64,000 bases of DNA from Heterodontus francisci (lineage: Eukaryota), in contig NC_090400.1 in assembly GCF_036365525.1 (NCBI RefSeq), forward strand, positions 61,290,209-61,354,208. The letters are read 5' to 3'. Within the stretch, counting starts at the first letter, position 1. Each line of letters begins with the position of its first letter. Shown one piece after another: positions 22,301 to 34,470 of the stretch. The notes beneath the pieces were generated by a model that was not told the DNA's origin, ran no database searches, and worked only from the letters and a program-made list of their open reading frames with translations. A program made the translations under genes and the position numbers.

Positions 22301-23212
22301 CTCCAAGAGGGAAGGGGAAACTGGGCATAAATAAATTAGGTATCCTAACTCCTGTCACAGAGACAGGTTTAATAATCTATTGTCTTTCTGGGAGTGGCGA
22401 CACTTTGAAGGAATGCAGTCCAGATCATGGCACCAAAAGGCAAGGAACTGCACAGGAGGCAACAGCAAAGAGTAGAAACGCATTTGTTAAAGGAGATTCC
22501 ACAGTTAGGGGGACAGACAGGCATTTCTGTAACCGTTACCGTGGGTCCTGCATGGTGTGTTGCCTCCCTGGTGCCAGGGTAAAGGACATCATGGAGAGGG
22601 TGCAAAATATTCTGCAGGGAGAAGAGAGTGGGCCTGAAATTGTGCTACATGTCAGTACCAACGACATAGAGAAATCAGGTATTGAGGCCCTCTGGTCAGA
22701 TTTTCAAGAGCTAGGGAGGAAGTTAAAAGTAGGATCTTGAAGGTAGTAATCTCTGGATTACTCCCAGTGTCATGTGCTAACGGGAGTAGAAATAGGAAGC
22801 TAGGGAGGATCAATGATTGGCTTGAGGCATGGTGCTGGACGGAGGGTTTCAGATTCTTGGGCCATTGGGATCAGTTCTGGGGCAGAAGGCACCTATTCAA
22901 AAGGGACGAGTTGCACCTCAACAGGACTGACACCTATGTCCTCATAGGGAGGCTCACTAGTGTGGTTAAGGAGGGTTTAATCTAAATTGGTAGGGGGGTT
23001 ATCACCAGCATATAGAAGTAGAAAAGAGGAATAAGGTGCATAAAGTGAGAGTGTGCGATAGTACAAGAGAACGAAGTAATACCATATTAGATAGTCCTTC
23101 TCAGTCTGCTCCTATGAGGAATACAAACACAGATTTAGAACGCATGTATGTAAATGCACAAAGACTGATGAATAAGGTTGATGATCTACAAGCAAAATAG
23201 CCATGTGAGAAT

Positions 23213-24240
23213 ATCACAGAATCGTTACAACGCAGAAGGAGACCATTCAGCCCATTGTGTCGGCACCGGCTCTCCGAATGAGCAAATCATCCAGTGCCAC
23301 TCCCCGCCTTCTCCCCATAACCCTGCACATTCTTCCTTTTCATATAACTGTCTAATTCCCTTTTGAATGCTTCAATTGAACCTGCCTCCGCCACACTGTC
23401 GGGCAGTGCATTCCAGACCTTATCCACTCGCTGTGTGAAAAAGTTTTTCCTCATGTCACTTTTGTTCCTTTTACCAAATACTTTAAATCTGTGCCCTCTC
23501 GTTCTCGATTCTTTCACGAGTGGGAACAGTTTCTCTCTATCTACTCTGTCCAGAACCCGCATGATTTTGAATACCTCTATCAAATCACCTCTCAGCCTTC
23601 TCTTCTCCAAGTCCCAACTTCTCCAATCTATCTTTATAACTGAAGTTCCTAATCCCTAGAACCATTCTTGTGAATCTTTTTTGCACCCTCTCTAACGCCT
23701 TTACATCCTTCTTAAAGTGCGATGCCCAGAACTGGGCACAGTACTCTAGCTGAGGCCGAACTAGTGTCTGATACAAGTTCAACATAACCTTCTTGCTCTT
23801 GCACTCTATGCCCCCATTAATAAAGCCCAGGATACTGTATGCTTTATTAACCACTCTCTCAACCTGTCCTGCCACCTTCAATGACTTATGCACATATACA
23901 CCCAGTCCCTCTGCTGCTGCACCCCCTTTAGAATTGTACCCTTTATTTTATATTGTCTTTCTATGTTTTTCCTACCAAAATGTATCACTTCACATTTCTC
24001 TGCATTGAACTTAATCTGTCTGCCCATTCCACCAACTTGTCTATGTCCTTTTGAAGTTCTACACTATCTTCCTCACAGTTCACAATGCTTCCAAGTTTCG
24101 TATCATCTGTAAACTTTGAAATTGTACCCTGTACCCAAAAGTCTAGGTCATTAATATATATCATGAAAAACAAGGGTCCCAATGCTGAACTCCACTACAA
24201 ACCTTCCTCCAGCCCGAAAAATGTTCATAAACCACTACTA
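23213..24240 (-). mobile_element. CR1 3' part nested in opposite orientation
   Basis: GPLFFMIYINDLD, KFTDDTKL, LYQTLVRPQLEYCAQFW, RRLRGDLIEVFKI; tail ending in tctgtgat. Confidence 0.92.
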
Positions 24241-24956
24241 TGATGTAGTGACAATAATAGAAACATAGCTTACAAATGGTGCTTAATATTTAACGATATA
24301 AAGTGTTCAGAAACAATAGGGAAGGAAAAAAGGTGAGTGGCATTGATTAAGGAAGACATTGTAATGTTGGAAAAAGAGAAGGTCCTTGAGGGAGCAAAGA
24401 TAGAATCCATTTGGTTAGAGTTGAGAAGCAAAAAGGGGATGATCATGCTAATGAGGGTATTCTTTAGGCTTCCAAATAGTGAGGGAGATAGAGGAACAAA
24501 TTTGCAGGGAAATCACAGAGATGTGCAAGAACTATAGAGTGGTGATACTGGAGCACTTTAGTTCCCCAAATATTGATTGGAATAATGTTAGAGTAAAGAG
24601 TAAGGAGGGGTCGGAATTTCTGAAATGTGGTCAGGAGAACTTCCTTGTCCAGTATGTTCTCGCCCCAATGAGGAAAGAGGCATTGCTGGATCTGGTGCTT
24701 GGGAATGAGGTGGGCCAAGTGTCTGTGGGGGAGCATTTGGGTAAGAGTGATCATTATATCATAAGGTTTAGATTAATAATGGAGAAGAGCAAGGAACAAT
24801 CGAAAGTAGAACTTCTGAATTGGGAGAGGGCTAATTCCAATGGGATAAATGGGATCTAGCCAGGATAAAATGGAACCAAAGATTAGCAAGAAAAACCGGT
24901 AACGGAATGGATGACCTTTCAGGAGGAGATGTTTCAGGTACAGACTAGATACATTA

Positions 24957-25310
24957 GGGCGGCACAGTGGCGCAGTGGTTAGCACACCGCAGCCTCACAG
25001 CTCCAGCGACCCGGGTTCAATTCTGGGTACTGCCTGTGTGGAGTTTGCAAGTTCTCCCTGTGTCTGCGTGGGTTTCCTCCGGGTGCTCCGGTTTCCTCCC
25101 ACATGCCAAAAGACTTGCAGGTTGGTAGGTAAATTGGCCATTATAAAAATTGCCCCTAGTATAGGTAGGTGGTAGGGAAATATAGGGACAGGTGGGGATG
25201 TGGTAGGAATATGGGTTTAGTGTAGGATTAGTATAAATGGGTGGTTGATGGTCAGCATAGACTCGGGCCGAAGGGCTTGTTTCAGTGCTGTATCTCTAAA
25301 CTAAACTAAA
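24957..25310 (+). mobile_element. Full-length V-SINE (HE1-like)
   Basis: gggcggcacagtggcgcagtggttagcac...; (ctaaa)n tail; possible ACATT TSD. Confidence 0.9.
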
Positions 25311-25641
25311 CATTCAAACAAGGGCAGAAAGTCAGGGAACAAAGCCAGGACTCCTTGTATGATGAGGGAGAAAGAGAATATGATGAGGCAAAAAAAGAGA
25401 TGTGTATGATGCCTGGCAGGTGAATTCTTCAAGCGAGCACCAGGCCAAATACAATAAGTTGAGAGGGAAAGTGAAGAGGAAAATAAGACTAGAATGGCAG
25501 TTAAGAAAAACAGGAACCCAAAAATCTTCCACCAGCAAGTAAATAACAAATGGGTCGTAAGAGGCTGAGTGAGTCCCATTAGGGACACATGGGGTGATAT
25601 ATGCTTAAAGGGTCAGGGCAAGGCTAGAATACTTAATGAAT

Positions 25642-27271
25642 AGTCTCAGTCATCTCATTATCAAAAAGGAGGAGGTGTTGGGTGTCTTGCAAAGCATTAA
25701 GGTAGATAAGTCCCCAGGGCCTGATGGGATCTACCCCAGAGTACTGAGGGAGGCAAGGGAGGAAATTGCTGGGGCCTTGACAGAAATCTTTGCATCCTCA
25801 TTGGCTACAGGTGAGGTCCCAGAGGACTGGAGAATAGCCAATGTTGTTCCTTTGTTTAAGAAGTGTGGTAAGGATAATCCAGGAAATTATAGGCCGGTGA
25901 GCCTTACGTCAGTGGTAGGGAAACTATTAGAGAGGATTCTTCGGGACAGGATTTACTCCCATTTGGAAACAAACGAACTTATTAGCGAGAGGCAGCATGG
26001 TTTTGTGAAGGGGAGGTCGTGTCTTACTAATTTGATTGAGTTTTTTGAGGAAGTGACGAAGATGATTTATGAGGGAAGGGCGGTGGATGTTGTCTATATG
26101 GACTTTAGTAAAGCCTTTGACAAGGTCCCGCATGGCAGACTGGTGCAAAAGGTGAAGTCACATGGATTCAGAGGTGAGCTGGCAAGATGGATACAGAACT
26201 GGCTCAGTCACAGAAGACAGAGGATGGGTGTTTTTCTGAATGGAGGGATGTGACTAGTGGTGTTCCGCAGGGATCAGTGCTGGGACCTTTGCTGTTTGTA
26301 GTATATATAAATGATTAGGAGGAAAATGTAGCTGGTCTGATCAGTAAGTTTGCGGACGACACAAAGGTTAGTGGAGTTGCGGATAGTGATGAGGATTGTC
26401 AGAGGATACAGCAGGATATAGATCGGTTGGAGACTTGGGCGGAGAAATGGCAGATGGAGTTTAATCCGGACAAATGTGAGGTAATGCATTTTGGAAGGTC
26501 TAATGCAGTGGGAGGTATACAGTAAATGGCAGAACCCTTAGGAGTATTGACAGGCAGAGAGATCTGGGCGTACAGGTCCACAGGTTACTGAAAGTGGCAA
26601 CGCAGGTGGATAAGGTGGTCAAGAAGGCATACGGCATGCTTGCCTTCATCGGTCAGGGCATAGAGTATAAAAATTGGCAAGTCATGTTGCAGCTGTACAG
26701 AACCTTAGTTAGGCCACACTTGGAATATTCCGTGCAATTCTGGTCGCCACACTACCAGAAGGACGTGGAGGCTTTGGAGAGGGTACCGAAGAGGTTTACC
26801 AGGATGTTGCCTGGTCTGGAGTGCATTAGCTATGAGGAGAGGTTGGAAAAACTCGGATTGTTTTCACTGGAACGACGGAGGTGGAGGGGCGACATGATAG
26901 AGGTTTACAAAATTATGAGCGGCATGGACAGAGTGGATAGTCAGAAGCTTTTTCCCAGGGTGGAAGAGTCAGTTACTAGGGGACATAGGTTTAAGGTGCG
27001 AGGGGAAAAGTTTAGAGGGGATGTGCGAGGCAAGTTTTTTACACAGAGGGTGGTGAGTGCCTGGAACCTGCTGCCAGGGGAGGTGGTGGAAGCAGATACG
27101 ATAGCGACGTTTAAGAGACGTCTTGACAAATATATGAATAGGAAGGGAATAGAGGGATATGGGCCCCGGAAGTGCAGAAGGTGTTAGTTTAGGCAGGCAT
27201 CAAGATCGGCGCAGGTTTGGAGGGCCGAATGGCCTGTTCCTGTGCTGTACTGTTTTTTGTTCTTTGTTCTT
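25642..27271 (+). mobile_element. Relatively young 5'-truncated CR1 (RT and 3' tail)
   Basis: Long ORFs 25636-26253 and 26594-27187 with canonical CR1 RT motifs; (ttctttg)n tail; TGAAT at 25637-25641 and 27272-27276 is a possible TSD. Confidence 0.93.
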
Positions 27272-28639
27272 TGAATCCTTTGTATCAGTGTTTACTAAGG
27301 AAGAGGATGCTGACCAAATATCAGTAGAAGTGGAAATGGTCGATGTAATGGATGGGGTGAAAATTGAGATGCAGGTGTACTGGAAAGGCTGGCTATGCTT
27401 TGCGTGGATAAGTCGCCTGGTCTGGATGGCTTGCATCCTAGGTTGCTAAAGGAAGTGGGAGTGGAGATAGCGGAACGACTTGCCATAATCTTCCAATTTT
27501 CCCTAGATATGGGGGAGGTGCCAGAGGATTGGAGAGTGACGAATGTGACACCCTTATTCAAGAAAAAGCGTAAGGACATTCCTCCTAACTGCAGACTGGT
27601 CAGTTTAACATCAGTGGTAGGTAAGGTTTTAGAAAAATAATCAGGGAAAAAATGATGCAACAGAGAAAGTTGATGAAGGGAAAGCAGTTGATGTTGTCTA
27701 TATGGATTTTAAGAAAGTGTATGATGAAGTACCAGATAAAGGCTGGTCAACAAAATTGAGGCTCATGAATAGGAGGGTCAGTGTCAGCTTGGATAAAAAA
27801 AATTGGCTTAAGGACAGAAAACAGCGAGTCGTGGTAAATGGGTGTTTTTCAGACTGGAGGATGGTAGACAGTGATGTTCACCAAGGATCAGTGCTTAAGA
27901 CCACTGCTTTCTTGATATAAATACATGACTTGGATATTGGAATACAGAGTAAAATTTCAAAATTTGCTGATGCCAAACTTGGAGGTGTGACAGTGAGGAT
28001 GATTCAAATCAACAGCAACACGACATGATAGGCTGGCAGAATAGGCAGCAAACGGCAGATGGAATTTAATATAGCCAAGTGTGACGTGATGCATTTTGGC
28101 AGAAGGGGATAGGGAGAGGCATTGTAGACTTAATGGCACAATTCTAAAGACCTGGGGTCCATGTGAATAGATCTTTGAAGGTGGCAGAACATATTGAGAG
28201 AGTAGTTAGCAAAACATGTGGGATCTTGGACTTCATAAATGGAGGTATTGCGTAGAAAAGCAGGGAGGTTATGCTGAATCTTTATGAAGCTCTAGTTAGG
28301 CCACAACTAGAGTTTTGCATTTAGTTCTGATCACCACACTTTAGTAAACATGTGCGGGTTCTTGAGAAAGTTACCAGAATGATTCCAGGGATGAGTGATT
28401 TTAGCTGAAATGTTAGGTTGTAGAAGCTGGGGCTGTTCTCCTTGGAGCAATGGAGATTGAGGGAAGATCTGATAGAGATTGTACAGGTAATGATCATGAC
28501 AGGCTTAGATAAGGTAGACAAAGAAAAGCTGTTCCCATTTTCTGATGGTGCAAGGACTAGGGGACACAGATTTAAGATTTTAAGACTATGGCTCTGTGTC
28601 ACATTGCTGCCTTATTTAACTGGCGGCCAGTAATGTTGA

Positions 28640-29030
28640 TGTAGCTCAGTCGGTAACGCTCCTGCCATTCAGTCAGAAGGTATTGAGTTCACACCCCACT
28701 CCAGAGACTTGAGCACAAAAATACGGACTGACACTCCAGTACTCAGGGAGTGCTGCATTGTTGGGAGGTGCTGTCTTTCAGATGAGAGGTGAAACCAAGG
28801 TGCCATCTGCTCTCTCAGGTGGGCATAAAAGATTCAATGACCACTTTTTTGAAGAAGAGCAGGGGAGTTCTCTCTGGTGTCCTGGCCAATATTTGCCCCT
28901 TAACATCACTTTAAAAAAACAGATTATCTGGTTATTATCACATTGCTGTTTGTGGGAGCTTGCTGTGTGCAGATCAACTGTCGCATTTCTTGCATTACAA
29001 CATTAACTGTACCGCAGAAGTACTTCAGTT
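28640..29030 (+). mobile_element. DeuSINE (SacSINE1-like)
   Basis: tRNA-like head gtagctcagtcggtaac...gagttcaca. Deu-domain gaagagcaggggagttctctctggtgtcctggccaatattt...acagattatctggttattatcacattgctgtttgtgggagcttgctgtg. Confidence 0.82.
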
Positions 29031-29339
29031 CTCCTGAGCAAATCTCTCCCTCTGTATTTGAAAGGCTGCATTATTTTCACACACAACAGTTATTTGTGTA
29101 ATAACCTTACATTGCTGTGGAATTTTTGTAATTCAATTTTTTCAGTATTTATAATGTTGGATTGTAATGCATTCTTGAAAGGGTGATGGAAGCAGGTTCA
29201 GTAGTAACTTTCAAAAGAGAAAGAATAAATACTTAAAAGAAGAAAAAATTTCAGGCCTATGGGAAAAGTGAGGGGGAATATGTCTGATAGCTTGTTTGAA
29301 GAGCCAGTACAAGCACAATGGTCTGAATGGCTTCCTTTA

Positions 29340-29567
29340 GTCTTCGTGTCTGTGTGGGTTTCCTCCGGGTGCTCCGGTTTCCTCCCACATGCCAAAGACT
29401 TGCAGGTTGATAGGTAAATTGGCCATTAGCAATTGCCACGAGTATGGGGATGTGGTAGGAATATGGGATTAGTATAGGATTAGTATAAATGGGTGGTTGA
29501 TGGTCGGCACAGGCTCGGTGGGCCGAAGGGCCTGTTTCAGTGCTGTATCACTAAACTAAACTAAACT
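29340..29567 (+). mobile_element. 5'-truncated V-SINE, preceded by an old CR1 tail (about 29170-29338)
   Basis: V-domain and (ctaaa)n tail as in 24957-25310. Confidence 0.88.
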
Positions 29568-30446
29568 ATAATTCCACTGACTCTGAAAATGTGATTATTT
29601 CAGTCAGGGGAGTTCTTGAAGTAGCCTGGAGGTTACTGTATTCATCTGTTTTTTTCACTTCGGTCTCTGAATATTCATAATTTTGTGATCAAAAGTAGTC
29701 ATAAATAATTGATAACGTGCACAGTTGGTGAGACTTGGGAACTTTGGACCTTTAAAGGAGATAGTACATGTAGGTGTTTCAGTATAAGCTATTCTCATCA
29801 TCTAGGATGCTTCTTTAAATAAAACCTTCTTTGTATGAGGTATTTGAATTTTTAGTTTATTTTCCTCCCCCATGGAGTGCCCCCCCCCCCCCCGCCCCCA
29901 ATACCATTTCGGGTTTCCGCATTCAGCAGAGCGCTGCTTAGCTGACATTTGACAGCTACAGGACCCACCATGGCGTGACACAGGAGTGGAAAAGGCCATA
30001 AGGCCCGCCCATATAGCACATCCCTTTTTTAATTGATCTCAACCCCACCTACTTGCCTTTCCACCATGTCTCCTATCCCTGTCACTCTCCAGAAACACAC
30101 TGGTTGTCTGAGTCCATTTGGACAACATTCAAGCTCACATCGATACAATGTACACTTTTTCAAAATTCTGATTCTTTTTCACAACTTGTTGCATTATGTG
30201 CTGGCTAAAGACATGTGGATTATAGCACATCATCTTGCATTCATTTTCACAGCTTTCGGTAGGCTTTTTACTTAAGTACACAAATTCACAATTATTCAGC
30301 CCACTGTCCCATGTGCACAAAATATTTCACTTTCAGAATCAATGGCTACAGACATATCCCTTTGAGATGTTGAGTCAGAGTGACAAAATAAACTGGGAGA
30401 GATCCTTTGTGGAATGGTTGTTGACAAAGCTACATTCCAATATAGG

Positions 30447-30803
30447 TTTGGATTGCCAACCTCCCCAATTTTCCCGAGAGTCTCCAGGAATTCATGATTA
30501 ATCCCAGGAAACTGTTGCAAATAACCTAGGAGAAAAATCATTGGAACATTGATAAAATGTGTGCGTTTTATTTTATTTGAACACTTTCATGTATTAGTTC
30601 TAAAAATATTGGAGCTGAGAAAAAAGGCTGTTTGACAGTCAAGAATCGTTCAGTCAGGTAACAGAGTTCATTCACCTTCCAGTTGACCATGGGAAGGCAA
30701 GGTGTTGTGAGGATGGACATGTCGGGCAGCCAGTGTTGGATAGAGGTGGGAGATCAGGTGATGAAACCTCCAGGAATACATCCTTCAAGAGTTGGCAACC
30801 CTA
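30447..30803. mobile_element. Non-autonomous DNA transposon (hAT-like MITE)
   Basis: TIRs ttggattgccaac (30448-30460) and gttggcaacccta (30791-30803). Flanking 8-mers aatatagg/aatgtaga match 6/8. Subterminal ctccaggaat occurs twice. Confidence 0.65.
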
Positions 30804-31069
30804 AATGTAGATCTTGTTAAATTTGAGTGTGTGGACCAAGCACTGCCTCTTTCAACTCCTGCCATTCAGACTGAAATAATAATACCGTAATAAACAATTT
30901 GCCTGAATCAGGTTTATCAAAGTCCTCTTCACAATTGAATATCAGTTAGATCTTCTGAAAGTCTCCTCTTTAATAAAGGCAACAAGTCTAACTTTGTTGA
31001 GCTTTTCTCAGATACCCTGAATTGTCCCTCCATTACCCCTCAAGGGCAATAATATCCTTCCTATGATTA

Positions 31070-31522
31070 GCAACATAGAGAATCATGTAGTACAGAAGGC
31101 AGTCATTCAGCCCATTGTGCTTGTGCCAGCTCTCTAAAAGAGCTATCCAATTAATCCCACTCCCCTGCTCTTTCCCCATAGCCCTGCACATTTTTTTTAT
31201 ATTCATGTGGAAAGGATGTTTCCCCTTGCGGGAGAATCTCCAACTAGGGGGTCCCTATTTAAAAATAAGGATTGCCCATTTAAAGCAGAGATGAGAAATG
31301 TTTTCTCTCAGAAGGTTGAGAGTCATTGGAATTCTCTTCCTCAAAAGGCAGTGGAAGCAGTCTTTGAATATTTATAAGGCAGAGGCAGATAGATTCTTGA
31401 TAAGCGAGGGGTGTAAGGTTGTCAGGGATAGGTGGAAATGTGGAGAAATCAGTTCAGCCATGAACTTATTGAATGGCGATGCCCGAGGGGCCGAGTGGCC
31501 TACTCCTGCTCCCAATTCATAA
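31070..31522. mobile_element. Two CR1 3' ends in opposite orientation (31070-31195 minus; 31205-31522 plus)
   Basis: CR1 tail motifs; gatgtttccccttgcgggagaatc...ggggccgagtggcctactcctgctcc. Confidence 0.8.
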
Positions 31523-31844
31523 ACATCATTTAACACATTTTCTGCCATAGGCTTGTGTTTCCCTTAACTTTCTCATAGTGCTTATACTTCACGGAAACCC
31601 TTTAGATTGATGGGTAAGAAAGTGGTAGATAAGACTAAATTTTGAAAATAATGAAGCGCGGTTTAAGATTGCGAAGCCTAGATACTGAAAGGCAACCTAC
31701 CTCAGCTCCATCTGAAAGGCAGTCAACCCTAGGGAAGTGTGACTGCATCAGCTACGTAGTTGAGCTGCACCAGCACTCTAAGGTTATGGAAGCTGCTGTC
31801 AACTCAAATTATCTACCACCTTGACAAATCTGGCTTTCTCCATA

Positions 31845-33880
31845 ATTACAGAACATGTACAGCACAAAATCTGGCCATTCGGCCAAACTGGTCGATGCTG
31901 GCGTTCAAGCTGCACTCGAGCCTCCTCCCACCCTGCTTCATCTCACCATATCAGCATATCCTTCTGTTCACTTCTCACCTGTGTTTATCCAGCTTCCCCT
32001 TCAATGCTCATAGAAGCATAGAAAATAGGAGCAGGAGTAGGCCATTCGGCACTTCGAACCTGCTCCACCATTCATTATGATTATAGCTGATCAACTCAGT
32101 AACCTGTTCCCGCTTTCTCCCCATACCCTTTGATCCCTTTTGACCCAAGAGCTATATCTAACTCCTTCTTGAAAACATACAATGTTTTGGCCTCAACTGC
32201 TTTCTGTGGTGGCGAATTCCATAGGCTCACCACTCTCTGGTTGAAGAAATTTCTCCTCATCTCAGTCCTGAAAGGTTTACCCTGTATCCTTAGACTATGA
32301 CCCCTGGTTCTGGATACCCCCACCATCGGGAACATCCTTCCTGCATCTACCCTGTCAAGTCCTGTTAGAATTTTAAACTCTTCTGAACTCCAGCGAATAT
32401 AATCCTAACTGACTCAATCTCTCCTCATATGTCAGTCCCGCCATCGCAGGAATCGGTCTGGTAAACCTTTGCTGCACTTCCTCTATAGCAAGAACATCGT
32501 TCCTCAGATAAGGAGACCAAAACGGCACACAATATTCCAGGTGTGGCCTCACCAAGGCCCTGTATAATTGCAGCAAGGCATCCCTGCTCCTGTACTCCAA
32601 TCCTCTTGCTATGAAGGCCAACATACCCATTTGCCTTTTTTACTGCCTGTTGCACCTGCATGTTTACCTTCAGCGACTGGTGTATGAGAACACCCAGGTT
32701 TCGTTGTATATTCCCCTCTCTCAGTTTATAGCCGTTCAGATAATCTGCCTGCCTGTTTTTGCTACCAAAGTGGATAACCTCACATTTATCCACATTATAC
32801 TGCATCTGTCATGCATTAGCCCACTCACTCAACTTGTCCAAATCACCCTGAAGCCCCTCTGCATCCTCCTCACAACTCACCCTCCCACCCAGTTTGTGTC
32901 ATCTGCAAACTTAGAGATATTACATTTAGTTCCCTCATCTAAATCATTAATATATATTGTGAATAGCTGGGGTCCTAGCACCGATCCCTGCAGTACCGCA
33001 CTAGTCACTGCCTGCCATTCGGAAAAAGACCCATTTATCCCTACTCTTTGTTTCCTGTCTGCCAGCCAATTTTCTATCCATCACAGTACACTGCCCCCAA
33101 TCCCATGCGCTTTAATTTTACATGCTAATCTGTTATGTGGGACTTTGTCGAAAGCCTTCTGAAAGTCCAAATAAACCACATCCACTGGCTTCCCCTCATC
33201 AACTCTACCAGTTGCATCCTCGAAGAATTCTAGTAGATTTGTCAAGCATGATTTCCCTTTCGTAAATACATGCTGTCTCTGCCCAATTCTACCACTGTTC
33301 TCTAAGTGCTCTGCTATAAAATCTTGGATAATGGTCTCCAGAATTTTCTCCACTACTGACGTCAGGCTGACTGGTCTATAATTCCCTGCTTTCTCTCGAC
33401 CTCCCTTTTTAAATAGTGGGGTTACATTAGCTACCCTCCAATCTGTAGGAACTGTTCCAGAGTCTATAGAATCTTGGAAGATGACCACCAATGCATCCAC
33501 TATTTCTAGTGCCACTTCCTTACGTACTCTGGGATGCATACCATCAGGCCCTGTGGATTTATCAGCCTTCAATCCCATCAATTTCCCCAACACCATTTTT
33601 CTACTAATACTGATTTCCTTCAGTTCCTCTCTCTCACTGAGCCCTGTGTTCCCCAACATTTCTGGTATGATATTTGTGTCCCCCTTTGTGAAGACAGAAC
33701 CTTTGCTATTCTACATTCTAATCACTCTGTGTGAACATGTTTCTCCTGAATTGCATATTGGATTTATTCGTGACTGTCTTATACTTATCTCCCCTTGTTT
33801 TACTCTCCCTCACAAGTGGAAACATTTTCTCTATGTCTACTCCATCAAACCCTTTCATAACCTTAACGATTTCCACCCCT
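31845..33880 (-). mobile_element. CR1 cluster: main copy about 32008-33700 nested in an older CR1 3' end
   Basis: ORFs 33081-33659, 32373-32630 and 32096-32335 carry CR1 RT and C-terminal motifs. Confidence 0.9.
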
Positions 33881-34470
33881 CCACCTTTTCTTTTCCACAG
33901 AAAGTGTGGTTTTCTGTATGGTGTCTCTAAACTCTGCTCTTGCCCACTTTTGCGATTCATTTGCCATTGCTTCAGACAAAACCTTTGGCATGGTTTTCTA
34001 CTGCAGACATCGAAGCATGTTTTCGTCTCACCGAAGCTGTGCATGTGGCTCAAGTTTCTCTCAAGTTGTGTTACCTGTGCATGCAGTGAATGAAATTTAA
34101 AATATACTGGTCACTTGAGGTGTTGCAGTCCTCATTCCACTTTCCCATACTTCTCTATACGCTTTTGGACTCAACATGAAAAGTTAACTCTTAGGGCTTC
34201 CTAAATTAGGTGTTCTGGCCTTTTCTGCAGACAGTTCTTTGATAATTAGATGGCCTTGAAGTGTTTACATATGTGCCCGTATAATTCCTGTTGTGTATTC
34301 ACAGAGTAATGAAGTCTTTACTGGGAGCAACCATGTTGAAACTTTATTTACACCTCCCAGCAGAGAGGCAGTATACAAATGCTTAGCTATCACAATACAA
34401 TGATCCAGTTCAATACAGTACCCAACAGTTCCCATCCCTTTTTCCTTTAACCAGATGACAAATGCACTCA

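Larger units (their letters stand above)
22400..28585 (+). mobile_element. Old near full-length CR1 (ORF1 esterase 22400-22985; ORF2 endonuclease/RT pieces at about 23120-23210, 24240-24956, 25311-25641, 27272-28585), broken by three nested insertions
   Basis: GDSTVRG, CLPGARVKD, HVSTND, RDELHLN (SGNH esterase). ORF2 EN motifs ESIWLEL, LDLVLGNE, SDH. RT motifs follow downstream. Confidence 0.85.

Noticed and set aside
24957-25030. tRNA gene (also at 8430-8503, 28640-28710, 46509, 46884)
   Set aside because: The A/B-box heads continue into SINE bodies and tails, so these are tRNA-derived SINEs, not tRNA genes.
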